Positions 17,598-25,901 of a DNA stretch of 64,000 bases are shown here, one piece after another (position 1 is the stretch's first letter; every line of letters begins with the position of its first letter). Made by a program: the position numbers and the translations under genes. Source of the stretch: an uncultured Eubacteriales bacterium (GTDB lineage: Bacteria; Bacillota; Clostridia; Christensenellales; Aristaeellaceae); contig CADASK010000024.1 of the NCBI GenBank assembly GCA_902790495.1, forward strand, positions 5,625 to 69,624, read 5' to 3'. Under the pieces are notes generated by a model. That model made no database searches, was not told the DNA's origin, and saw nothing but the letters and a program-made list of their open reading frames with translations.

Positions 17598-19268
17598 ATG
17601 ATGAAACGTCGACTGATTGTGCTCATGCTCTGCGTGGCCGCGCTGCTGGTGGCACTCAGCGCAACAGCCATGGCGGATTTTGACCCGCTGAAGGTGAGCA
17701 TGAGTCTGTCCAGCAATACCTTCACCGAGCCGAAGACCATCACGGTGTCCATCAAGGTGTCCAACACCGGCGAGAGCGATATGCCCGGCCCGGTGACGCT
17801 GTATTATCCCAACGGCAAGCAGGTGGAGGAGTTCGGCTCGCCCACCCTGTCCGTCGGCGCGTCCCAAAGCTGGACGGGCACCTGGCGCGTGACCCAGAAG
17901 CAGCTGGAGAACGGCAAGATCACCTTCAAGATCGAATACACCCTTTATAACGAGAACGACGAGCTGGTCCGCAAGCAGAAGAGCTTCTCCAAGGCCATCA
18001 ACTACGAGGGCGGCGTCGCCTCCGTGGAGGTCAACCGCACCATCTCGCCCACCACGGCCAACAAGGGCCAGAAGGTCAGCGTCACCTACGACGTGGTGAA
18101 CACCGGCACCCTCGACATCAGCGATGTGACCATCACCGAGGACAAGAGCATCTCCTCCAAGAAGGGCACCATCGCCTCCATCAAGGCCGGCGAGAAGGGC
18201 AGCTACACCTTCACCGCCACCATGGGCTCCAAGGACCTGACCAGCAAGGCCACCATCACCTACAACGCCGAGGGCAAGAAGAACACCGTCACCAAGGAAG
18301 CCGCCACCGTGAAGTACGGCGAGGTGAAGCTCTCCGCCTCCCTGGACGCGGACAAGAAGGGCGGCATGTCCGGCGACACGGTGACGCTGACCCTGAAGCT
18401 CAAGAACTCCGGCAAGACCGACTATGAGAACATCTCCGTCACCGACCCGGTGCTGGGCCAGGTCGCCGCGAACGTCACCGTGCCCGCGGGTGAGACCGTG
18501 ACCGTGGAGAAGGAGATCTCCATCTCCGACACCACGGATTACCAGTTCACCGTGGCCGGCCAGGACACCGACGGCGCGGATGTGAGCACCACCAGCCCCC
18601 GCGTGACCGTCACCGCCATCGACCCCAAGCAGGTGGTCAGCCTGGCGGTGGATACCAGCGTGGACCGCGAGGTGGTCTACCAGCTGCCCGGCACCGTGCG
18701 CTTCCGCACCAGCGTGACCAACCTCTCCACCAGCGACGTCAGCGACGTGAACGTCTACGCCACCGGCGTGCTGATGTACACCTTCTCCAAGATTCCCGCC
18801 GGCCAGACCAAGGAATTCACCCGCGACGTCGACGTCACGATGGCCGGCCAGTACCAGTTCGTGGCCCGCGTGAAGAACCAGCTGGGCGAAACCCAGAGCT
18901 TTGACGGCAACATCGTGCGCATCGCCTACACCGCGCCCACGCCCGTGCCCACCGAGGCCCCGATCGTGACCCCCGTCGCGCCGGTGTACCTGGAGATGCC
19001 CACCGAGGCCGACCTGAGCCGCGACTACTCCACCCTGCAGCGCTACCTGCGCTACGCGAGCATCGCCCTGGCCGTGCCCGCCGTGCTGGGCCTGGGCCTG
19101 GTGCTGATCGGCGGCGTGCGCCGCGCCCGCCATGCAGCGGAATCCGCCAAGGCCGTGGATCACCTGGAGCGCGGCAACGTTCGCGACTACACTGAAAAGT
19201 CCGCCAGCCCGAATGTGATCGCCTCCGGTGAGGAGGCCGCCGAGGAAGCGGAAACCGCGGATGTCTGA
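17598..19268 (+). CDS. Membrane-anchored surface protein with repeated Ig-like (CARDB/DUF11-like) domains
   Basis: Signal peptide MMKRRLIVLMLCVAALLVALSATAMA. Repeated ~100-aa units with the pattern V.N.G..D...V.V. C-terminal TM segment IALAVPAVLGLGLVLIGGV followed by RRARH. No LPXTG motif. Confidence 0.7.
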   Translation: MMKRRLIVLMLCVAALLVALSATAMADFDPLKVSMSLSSNTFTEPKTITVSIKVSNTGESDMPGPVTLYYPNGKQVEEFGSPTLSVGASQSWTGTWRVTQKQLENGKITFKIEYTLYNENDELVRKQKSFSKAINYEGGVASVEVNRTISPTTANKGQKVSVTYDVVNTGTLDISDVTITEDKSISSKKGTIASIKAGEKGSYTFTATMGSKDLTSKATITYNAEGKKNTVTKEAATVKYGEVKLSASLDADKKGGMSGDTVTLTLKLKNSGKTDYENISVTDPVLGQVAANVTVPAGETVTVEKEISISDTTDYQFTVAGQDTDGADVSTTSPRVTVTAIDPKQVVSLAVDTSVDREVVYQLPGTVRFRTSVTNLSTSDVSDVNVYATGVLMYTFSKIPAGQTKEFTRDVDVTMAGQYQFVARVKNQLGETQSFDGNIVRIAYTAPTPVPTEAPIVTPVAPVYLEMPTEADLSRDYSTLQRYLRYASIALAVPAVLGLGLVLIGGVRRARHAAESAKAVDHLERGNVRDYTEKSASPNVIASGEEAAEEAETADV

Positions 19269-19288
19269 CCTTATCCCATGAATGCTTT

Positions 19289-19318
19289 CCCCGCTGGGCA
19301 ATGCTCGGCGGGGATTTT
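19289..19318 (+). terminator. Probable terminator after the surface-protein gene
   Basis: CCCCGC tgggcaatgctcg GCGGGG atttt. Confidence 0.5.
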
Positions 19319-19366
19319 CAATTCCCAAGCTCAAGCAAAGAACTGATCCCTTTCTAAGGCGATGCC

Positions 19367-19426
19367 CGAAGGTTTCCAAAGGGCGATCGGAAAGCCCTTT
19401 GGTCGCCGCCCGCAGGCGGCGAAATC
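19367..19426 (+). repeat. Family-1 repeat, short form (C8)
   Basis: cgaaggttt CCAAAGGG cgatcggaaag CCCTTTGG TCGCCGCC cgca GGCGGCGA aatc. Confidence 0.9.
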
Positions 19427-19465
19427 TCTTGGATACAAATCTATCTGCTGCCGAAACAGGCAATG

Positions 19466-19591
19466 CGAAGGGGTCCCGGGGGTTCGGAGCGCCCGGAAAA
19501 CGCCATGTTATGGCGTTTTCAGCGGAGAACGGGCGGCAGCCCTGGACCGATCGCAAAGCCCCCGGGTCGCCGCCCGCAGGCGGCGAAATCC
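19466..19591 (+). repeat. Family-1 repeat, long form (C9)
   Basis: cgaaggggt CCCGGGGG [ttcggagcgcccgGAAAACGCCATgttATGGCGTTTTCagcggagaacgggcggcagccctggaccga] tcgcaaag CCCCCGGG TCGCCGCC cgca GGCGGCGA aatcc. Confidence 0.9.
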
Positions 19592-19601
19592 CCCTGCACC
19601 C

Positions 19602-19630
19602 TTGCGCCACCCAGCGTCCTGCGCTATAAT
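19602..19630 (+). promoter_or_regulatory. Promoter of galM
   Basis: TTGCGC, 17-nt spacer, TATAAT (19625-19630). Confidence 0.5.
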
Positions 19631-19672
19631 ACCCTCACAGACATCCAACAAACCGCAAAGGAGGCACTCCCC

Positions 19673-20737
19673 ATGGCCATCACCCAAAAACCCTTCGGCA
19701 CCACGCCCGAGGGCAAGCAGGTCACCCTCTATACCCTGACCAATTCCACCGGCTCCTCCGTCTCCGTCACCGATTACGGCGCGATCCTGACCTCCATTCT
19801 CGTCCCGGACAAGGACGGCAACCTCGCCGACGTCTGCCTGGGCTTCGACACCCTGGACGGCTACCTGAAGAAGCACGGCTCCATGGGCGACGTGGTCGGC
19901 CGCCACGCCAACCGCATCGGCGGCGCGTCCTTCGACCTGGACGGCGTGCACTACGAGCTGGCGAAGAACCACGGCCCCAACAACCTGCACTCCGGCCCGG
20001 ACAACTTCGCGCTGAAGGTGTGGGACGCCTGCTGCGAGAGCGGCGTCATGGGCGACAGCGTGGTCTTCACCTGCGTCAGCCCCGACGGCGAGAGCGGCTT
20101 CCCCGGCACGATGCAGGTCAAAATGACCTACACCTGGACCGAGCAGGACGATCTGATCCTCCGCTACGAGGCCACCACCGACAAGGCCACCCTGTGCAAC
20201 ATGACCCATCACGCCTACTTCAACCTGGCCGGTCATGACCACGGCACCGTGCGCGATCAGGTGATCTACATCGACGCGGACGTGTTCACCCCCGTGGACG
20301 AGGGGCTGATTCCCCTGGGCACCTACATGCCCGTGGCCTGCACGCCGCTGGATCTGCGCGAGGGCGCGCTGCTGGGCGACGGCATCGACCACTGGCAGGA
20401 ATGGCCCATCATGCAGGCCGCCGGCGGCTATGACCACAACTTTGTGTTGCGCAAGGGCTGCGCCATGGGCCTGGCCGCCTGCGCCCACGACGAGAACAGC
20501 GGCCGCACCATGGAGGTCATCACCGACCAGCCCGCCATCCAGCTCTACACCGCCAACACCACCAACCTGGAGGGCGGCAAGGACGGCGCGGTCTACGGCC
20601 CCTTCTCCGGCTTCTGCCTGGAGACCCAGCACTGCCCGGACAGCATTCATCATCCCAACTTCCCCGGCACGGTTGTGCTTCGCCCCGGCGAGAAGTACGA
20701 CACCACCACCATCTACGCCTTCCGGGTGGATGACTGA
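19673..20737 (+). CDS. galM: Aldose 1-epimerase (galactose mutarotase)
   Basis: MAITQKPFGTTPEGKQVTLYTLTN...GRHANRIGGASFDLDGVHYELAKNHGPNNLHSGP... is typical of mutarotases. RBS aaaggagg upstream of ATG 19673. Confidence 0.88.
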   Translation: MAITQKPFGTTPEGKQVTLYTLTNSTGSSVSVTDYGAILTSILVPDKDGNLADVCLGFDTLDGYLKKHGSMGDVVGRHANRIGGASFDLDGVHYELAKNHGPNNLHSGPDNFALKVWDACCESGVMGDSVVFTCVSPDGESGFPGTMQVKMTYTWTEQDDLILRYEATTDKATLCNMTHHAYFNLAGHDHGTVRDQVIYIDADVFTPVDEGLIPLGTYMPVACTPLDLREGALLGDGIDHWQEWPIMQAAGGYDHNFVLRKGCAMGLAACAHDENSGRTMEVITDQPAIQLYTANTTNLEGGKDGAVYGPFSGFCLETQHCPDSIHHPNFPGTVVLRPGEKYDTTTIYAFRVDD

Positions 20738-20770
20738 GCCCTCTCAGTCATCCACAAGGGGAGCCAAGGC

Positions 20771-20820
20771 CCTCATCCGTCAGCCCTGCGGGCTGACACC
20801 TTCCCCCAGAGGGGGAAGGC
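20771..20820 (+). repeat. Family-2 double-hairpin repeat (D1)
   Basis: cctcatcc GTCAGCCC tgc GGGCTGAC ac CTTCCCCC aga GGGGGAAG gc. Confidence 0.85.
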
Positions 20821-20880
20821 AAGGGGGTTCGTCTGCAACATGAAAGCCATTCACAATAGCTGCCAAAACAAGTGCGGCTG

Positions 20881-20977
20881 CGAAGGGTTGGAGGGGGCTC
20901 GGAGCGCCCGGAAAACGCCATGTTATGGCGTTTTCAGCGGAGAGCGGGCGGCAGCCCCGGACCGACCGCAAAGCCCC
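20881..20977 (+). repeat. Family-1 repeat, long form, 3'-truncated (C10)
   Basis: cgaagggtt GGAGGGGG [insert] ccgcaaag cccc, after which the H1 3' arm and H2 are missing. Confidence 0.85.
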
Positions 20978-20987
20978 AAGTGCGGCG

Positions 20988-21047
20988 CGAAGGTTTCCAA
21001 AGGGCGATCGCAAAGCCCTTTGGTCGCCGCCCGCAGGCGGCGAAATC
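20988..21047 (+). repeat. Family-1 repeat, short form (C11)
   Basis: cgaaggttt CCAAAGGG cgatcgcaaag CCCTTTGG TCGCCGCC cgca GGCGGCGA aatc. Lies 10 nt after truncated C10. Confidence 0.9.
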
Positions 21048-21102
21048 TCCTGCAGCCAAAAGGAAAAGCCCTCCATTTCCGGAAGGGCTTTTCTTTATGC
21101 CA

Positions 21103-22230
21103 TCAGGATTCAGCCCAGTCCTGATACAAACTCCTTCTCGTGCGCCTCCTGGTCATCTCCACCAGCCCCAGGGAGGTGTACCCGTGCACAACGGTCTTCA
21201 CGCGGTCCCGGGCCAGGGCCTCCCGCAGGGCGGCCAGCACGGCCTCGCGGTCCGCCTCCTCCGCCATGTCGATCAGGTCCATGATGATGATCCCGCCCAG
21301 GCTGCGCAGGCGAATCTGCCTCGCGGCCTCGCGCACGGCCTCCAGGTTGGTCTCCAGCAGCGTGCGGCGCAGGCTCTCGCCGGTGTGGCGGGCGGTGTTC
21401 ACGTCGATCACCGTCAGCGCCTCGCAGGGGTCGATCACGAGGTTCCCGCCGCCGGGCAGGGGCACGCGGCGCTGCAAAGCGGCGTCCCGCTGGCGGATCA
21501 GGCCGTGGCGCTCCATCACGCCGGGCGCCTCCACCTCGCAGGGCAGGCGAGCCGCGTATTGCTCCGCTAAAGCGGCGTCCTCGGTCACCAGGCCGTCGAG
21601 GCCGCGGGGCAGCTCGTCCTCCAGCAGGGCGTCCAGCAGCGTGCGCGGGCGGTCGACGCAGGACGGCGCGTGGGCGGTGGGCAGTCTTTCGGCTACCTCC
21701 TCCCAGTGGGCGAGCAAGGCCTCCGCCTCGCCGCGCACCGCCGTCTCCGAGGCGTCCGCCGCCGCGTGGCGCAGCACCAGGCCGAAGCGTCCCCGGGCGA
21801 TCTCCGCGCCGAGGGCCTTCAGGCCGGCGATCTCCCCGGCGTCCGTCACGCGGGCGGAGACGCCAATGTGGCGGTTCATAGGCATCAGCAGCACATACTC
21901 CCCGCACAGGGTGATGTCCCGGGTGAGGAAGGCGCCCTTCGTGCCCTGGGCGGCGCGGCGCACCTGCACCGGCACGCGCATGCCCGTGCGCAGGGGCTGG
22001 CCCTCGAAGGTGGCGCTGTTCTCCTTCAGCGGCAAAAACCCCATCTTCTCCTCGCCGATGTCCACAAAGGCCGCGCTCATACCCAGCATCACGCGGCGCA
22101 CCACGCCCAGGTAGATGGCCTCGGTGGACGCGGCGGAGGCGTCCTCGCGCAGGTATTCGATCAGCACCCCGTCCTCGGTCAGGGCGATCTCCCGGTTAGG
22201 GACGGTGGTGGTATAAACGATTCTCTTCAT
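21103..22230 (-). CDS. rng: Ribonuclease E/G family protein (RNase G-like)
   Basis: MKRIVYTTTVPNREIALTEDGVLIEYL... with an S1-like N-terminus (AAFVDIGEEKMGFLP) and the catalytic segment ALTVIDVNTARHTG. Start 22230 is 8 nt downstream of the upstream gene's stop. Confidence 0.8.
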   Translation of the reverse strand: MKRIVYTTTVPNREIALTEDGVLIEYLREDASAASTEAIYLGVVRRVMLGMSAAFVDIGEEKMGFLPLKENSATFEGQPLRTGMRVPVQVRRAAQGTKGAFLTRDITLCGEYVLLMPMNRHIGVSARVTDAGEIAGLKALGAEIARGRFGLVLRHAAADASETAVRGEAEALLAHWEEVAERLPTAHAPSCVDRPRTLLDALLEDELPRGLDGLVTEDAALAEQYAARLPCEVEAPGVMERHGLIRQRDAALQRRVPLPGGGNLVIDPCEALTVIDVNTARHTGESLRRTLLETNLEAVREAARQIRLRSLGGIIIMDLIDMAEEADREAVLAALREALARDRVKTVVHGYTSLGLVEMTRRRTRRSLYQDWAES

Positions 22231-22237
22231 AGCGTCA

Positions 22238-22909
22238 TCAGAGCGTTTCCAGCGCCGCCAGCTGCCCGTCCGCACCGCGTCCCAGCAGCCCCAGACGGGT
22301 CACGCCGAAGCGGGGCTTTTCGCAGCCGGCGTCGGCGCACAGGGCGGTCACCAGCATGTCCGGCTTGCAGTTCTCCGTCTCGGAGAGGGCCAGCACCGCG
22401 TGGAGCGTGCCGCCCTCCATGGACAGCTCAAAGATCCACGGGCGGATGTTGACCTCCTTCACGCCGCTCTTGGTCTTCCGCTCGGCGAGGATTTCCTCCC
22501 GCGCCAGGAAGCCCGGCAGCGCGGCGCGGCAGCTCTCCGCCGCCTGGGCGTTCAGCAGGGTGATGCGGTAGTCCGCGGCCTGCACCATCGCCATCAGGGC
22601 GGGGTGCCGGTCGTCCAGGGCCCGGGCGGAGACCAGCTGCATCTCCGGCGGCAGGGCCCGGTTCATGGTCGCCACAAAATCCTCCGGGGTCATTTCCCGG
22701 CTCAGGGTCACGTCCATCAGCTCCCGCTCGCCGCTGGCGCCCACGGACAGGGCCGAGGCGAAGGTCAGCAGGATGTGCGGGTTGAAGCCGTTGGAGTAGG
22801 CCACCGGCACGCCCGAGCGGCGCAGCGCCCGCTGCATCGCCCGCATGATGTCCAGATGCCCGATGTGCCTCAGGCGCTCACCCTTGCGAAACACGGCCAG
22901 CATCCGCAT
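22238..22909 (-). CDS. TIGR03936-family radical-SAM-associated protein (DUF2344)
   Basis: MLAVFRKGERLRHIGHLDIMRAMQRALRRSGVPVAYSNGFNPHILLTFASAL matches the conserved N-terminus of this family. Overlaps the upstream gene by about 30 nt. Confidence 0.75.
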   Translation of the reverse strand: MRMLAVFRKGERLRHIGHLDIMRAMQRALRRSGVPVAYSNGFNPHILLTFASALSVGASGERELMDVTLSREMTPEDFVATMNRALPPEMQLVSARALDDRHPALMAMVQAADYRITLLNAQAAESCRAALPGFLAREEILAERKTKSGVKEVNIRPWIFELSMEGGTLHAVLALSETENCKPDMLVTALCADAGCEKPRFGVTRLGLLGRGADGQLAALETL

Positions 22910-24752
22910 AGCTGCACACCCCCTTGTAGCGCTGAATGCCGCAGCCGTTGCAGCCCTGGCGGCAGTCGCGGGTCGTTTCGGCGGCGAGAGCCTTTTCCCA
23001 CTCGCGCCAGAGGAAGGGCTTCACAATCCCGCTGTCGATGAAATCCCAGGGCAGAAGCTCGTCCTTCTCCCTGCGGCGGTTGGCGTAGAAGGCCGGGTCG
23101 AGACCGCAGTCCGCGAAGGCCTGCAGCCAGGCGTCCAGCTTGAACAGCTCGGTCCAGCCGTCCAGCATGCAGCCCAGCTCGTGGGCGCGCAGCAGCACGC
23201 CGCCCAGCCGGCGGTCGCCCCGGGCGAAGCAGGCCTCCAGGAAGCTCAGCCCGCTCTCATGGTAGTTGAAGGTGACGCCCTTCACGCCCTTGAACTTTTC
23301 GCGGAGGTAGGCCTGCTTCTGCTGCAGGGTCTCGCGGGTGTCCTGGGGCTCCCACTGGAAGGGGGTCACCGGCTTGGGCACGAAGGAGGAGGCGCTCACG
23401 GTGACGCGCAGGCCCTTCGCCCGAACGCCCTTGGGCACGGCGAAATAGCAGGCAACCACCTTGCGCGCCAGCTCCACCATGCCGTCCAGATCCTCGTAGG
23501 TCTCCGTCGGCAGGCCGATCATAAAGTAGAGCTTCACGCTGCTCCAGCCGCCCTGGAAGGCGTCGGAGACCTTCTCCATCAGGTCCTCCTCGGTGACGCC
23601 CTTGTTGATGACGTCCCGCAGGCGCTGGGTGCCGGCCTCCGGAGCGAAGGTCAGGGAGGTCTTGCGCACCTTCTGGGTCTCCTCGAGGGATTCCTTCAGC
23701 ACGCTGTCCAGGCGCAGGGACGGCAGCGAGATGGAGACGCGCTCCTGCTGCAGATCCTTCATCAGCTGGCGGATCAGATCGGCCAGGCAGGTGTAGTCGC
23801 CGCTGGAGAGGCTGGAGAGGCTCATCTCCTCATAGCCGGTGGATTTTTCGAGGGCGAGGGCAAGCTGCACCAGGCGCTTGAGGCTGCGTTCGCGCACCGG
23901 GCGGTAGAGCATGCCGGCCTGGCAGAAGCGGCAGCCCCGGGTGCAGCCGCGCATGATCTCCAGCATGATGCGGTCGTGCACGATCTCCGTGTAGGGCACG
24001 GGGATCTCCTCGGGATAGTAGGCGCTGTCCAGGTCGGTGACGATGCACTTCTCGACCTTCGCGGGGGCCTCCGGGCAGTTGGGCGTCATGGCGGCCAGGG
24101 TGCCGTCCGGGTTGTAGGTCACGTCGTAGAGGGCCGGCACATAGACGCCCTTGATCTTCGCCAGGGTCTTCAGGCAGTCCATGCGCGGCGCGCCGCTCTT
24201 CTTCCAGTCGCGGATGGTGGCGGTCACCTCCAGGGTGACCTCCTCGCCGTCGCCGATCATGAAGGCGTCGATGAAGTCCGCCAAAGGCTCCGGGTTGAAA
24301 GCGCAGGGGCCGCCCGCCACCACGATGGGCTCCTCGCGCCGCCGGTCGCGGCTGAGCAGGGTCACGCGCCCCAGCTCCATCATCGCCAGGATGTTGGAGT
24401 AGCTCATCTCGTACTGCAGCGTGAAGCCGATCATGTCGAAATCACACAAGGCGCGGCGGCTCTCCATGGAAAACAGCGGCACGTCCTCCTGCCGCATCAG
24501 CTCCATCATATCCGTCCAGGGCATGAAAAAGCGCTCGCACACGCTGTCCGGCTCGCGGTTGACCAGGCCGTAGAGGATCTTCATGCCCAGGTGGCTCATG
24601 CCCACCTCGTAGGTATCCGGGAAGCAGAAGCCGTAGTGCAGGGCCACCTCGTCCCAGGGCTTCACCACGGTGTTCATCTCTCCGCCCGTGTAGCGCGGCG
24701 CCTTCTGCACCTGCTCCAGCAGGGCTTCGATCTTTTCGTTCGATACAGTCAA
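22878..24752 (-). CDS. TIGR03960-family B12-binding-domain radical SAM protein
   Basis: QKAPRYTGGEMN leader, CTRGCRFCQAG radical SAM cluster motif. Preferred start is TTG 24752, 7 nt after GAAGGAGG. An ATG at 24776 lacks an SD. Confidence 0.8.
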   Translation of the reverse strand: MTVSNEKIEALLEQVQKAPRYTGGEMNTVVKPWDEVALHYGFCFPDTYEVGMSHLGMKILYGLVNREPDSVCERFFMPWTDMMELMRQEDVPLFSMESRRALCDFDMIGFTLQYEMSYSNILAMMELGRVTLLSRDRRREEPIVVAGGPCAFNPEPLADFIDAFMIGDGEEVTLEVTATIRDWKKSGAPRMDCLKTLAKIKGVYVPALYDVTYNPDGTLAAMTPNCPEAPAKVEKCIVTDLDSAYYPEEIPVPYTEIVHDRIMLEIMRGCTRGCRFCQAGMLYRPVRERSLKRLVQLALALEKSTGYEEMSLSSLSSGDYTCLADLIRQLMKDLQQERVSISLPSLRLDSVLKESLEETQKVRKTSLTFAPEAGTQRLRDVINKGVTEEDLMEKVSDAFQGGWSSVKLYFMIGLPTETYEDLDGMVELARKVVACYFAVPKGVRAKGLRVTVSASSFVPKPVTPFQWEPQDTRETLQQKQAYLREKFKGVKGVTFNYHESGLSFLEACFARGDRRLGGVLLRAHELGCMLDGWTELFKLDAWLQAFADCGLDPAFYANRRREKDELLPWDFIDSGIVKPFLWREWEKALAAETTRDCRQGCNGCGIQRYKGVCSYADAGRVSQG

Positions 24753-24854
24753 GGGGCGGCCTCCTTCGTCTGTCATGGGTCTTAGGGGAATTGTAGCATC
24801 GATGACCGGGTTTGTCTATCGGCAAATACCATGAAAAAAGGATCGCCGCGGCAT

Positions 24855-24896
24855 ACAAAAAGCCGGGCTTCACGCCGACTGACGTGTTTGCCCGGC
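24855..24896 (-). terminator. Rho-independent terminator of the Rpn-like gene
   Basis: Minus strand: GCCGGGC aaacacgtcagtcggcgtgaa GCCCGGC ttttt. Confidence 0.7.
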
Positions 24897-24905
24897 CTGA
24901 TTGCC

Positions 24906-25790
24906 TCATACCGGCAGCCGTTTCCTCTCCTGCAGCAGCGCCTCAAATTCCGGCAGGGTCTTGTTCGCCCGCCTCGCGCCCTCCTGCACGGGCAGGATGC
25001 CGTCCAGCACCAGCTGGATCAGCGTGTCCAAGGCACCCTCAGCCCGGCCCTCCATGCGGCCTTCCTTGCGGCCCGTCTCCAGCGCCAGCTTGCTCTGCGC
25101 CTTTGCATATTGCTCAATGGCATATTCCTGGTTGAACAGCGTCACCATGATGTCGATGACCTCCTTCTCCTGCTCGTTGAGGTAGTTGATCAGAACGCCC
25201 CGATCCTTGCAGATGCGAATGGCCTCCTGCGCCGCTTCCCTGGTTCTGCCGAGCAGCTGAACCTGCCTGTCCAGCACATGGCAGAAGATGATATACTGGC
25301 CGATGATATCCTCCGTCTCCGCGGTGAAGACCCGCGCCTCCAGCTCCAGCGGCAAATCGGCCCGCCCGAAGAAATCCTTTCTCAGCGAGATGATTTCCGG
25401 CACCGTCTGCGCGCCGGTGTAGATCACATAGAATTCCGGGAACGGCAGCTCCAGCTTCCGGGTGTCGTGGATGTCGTACACATTCCTGTGGATGTATTCC
25501 TGCATGGTGTCCGCCAGGTACAGCAGGGTGCGGATCAGGATATTGACCGACCAGGTGGCCTGCGCCTCCACAAAGATCATCAGCTTGTCCCTGACCACGA
25601 AGGCGAGATCGTTGTACTGATGATTGGTGATCACCTGCTTGAGGGTGATGGGTTTGATGTCCGAGGCGAGCACATCGGTCATATCCGGATGCAGGGTCTG
25701 GAACAGCTGAAGCCGGTAGTCGTCCCGCTCAAACAGATCGATAAAGACAGAGTTCTTGAAATCCCGCTTGACACCAGGCTCCATATGCAT
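24906..25790 (-). CDS. Rpn-family recombination-promoting nuclease / putative transposase (PD-(D/E)xK, YhgA-like)
   Basis: DLAFVVRDKLMIFVEAQAT (D...E.Q nuclease core) and a C-terminal KEGRMEGRAEG repeat segment typical of this family. The start is among three close ATGs (25805, 25790, 25784). Confidence 0.6.
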   Translation of the reverse strand: MHMEPGVKRDFKNSVFIDLFERDDYRLQLFQTLHPDMTDVLASDIKPITLKQVITNHQYNDLAFVVRDKLMIFVEAQATWSVNILIRTLLYLADTMQEYIHRNVYDIHDTRKLELPFPEFYVIYTGAQTVPEIISLRKDFFGRADLPLELEARVFTAETEDIIGQYIIFCHVLDRQVQLLGRTREAAQEAIRICKDRGVLINYLNEQEKEVIDIMVTLFNQEYAIEQYAKAQSKLALETGRKEGRMEGRAEGALDTLIQLVLDGILPVQEGARRANKTLPEFEALLQERKRLPV

Positions 25791-25901
25791 CCCTTCTTTC
25801 CTCATTTCTATTATATCGGCCGGAGCAGGGAGAGTCAAGCATGGAAAGAAGAAAAGCCCTCCCAACCGGGAAGGCTTGAAGGCTTACCCTCTGCTCCTCC
25901 G

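Noticed and set aside
19505-19520. ATG codons inside the long-form inner hairpin loop (ccATGttATGgcg) as starts of a conserved micro-peptide.
   Set aside because: - There is no SD.
- The divergent copy at 61514-61633 has lost both ATGs (ccacagtgtgg) while keeping the stem.
- The downstream frame is not conserved.
24906-25865. The Rpn-like gene as part of an insertion sequence.
   Set aside because: No terminal inverted repeats or target-site duplications are visible around it. The flanks are an ordinary terminator and promoter.
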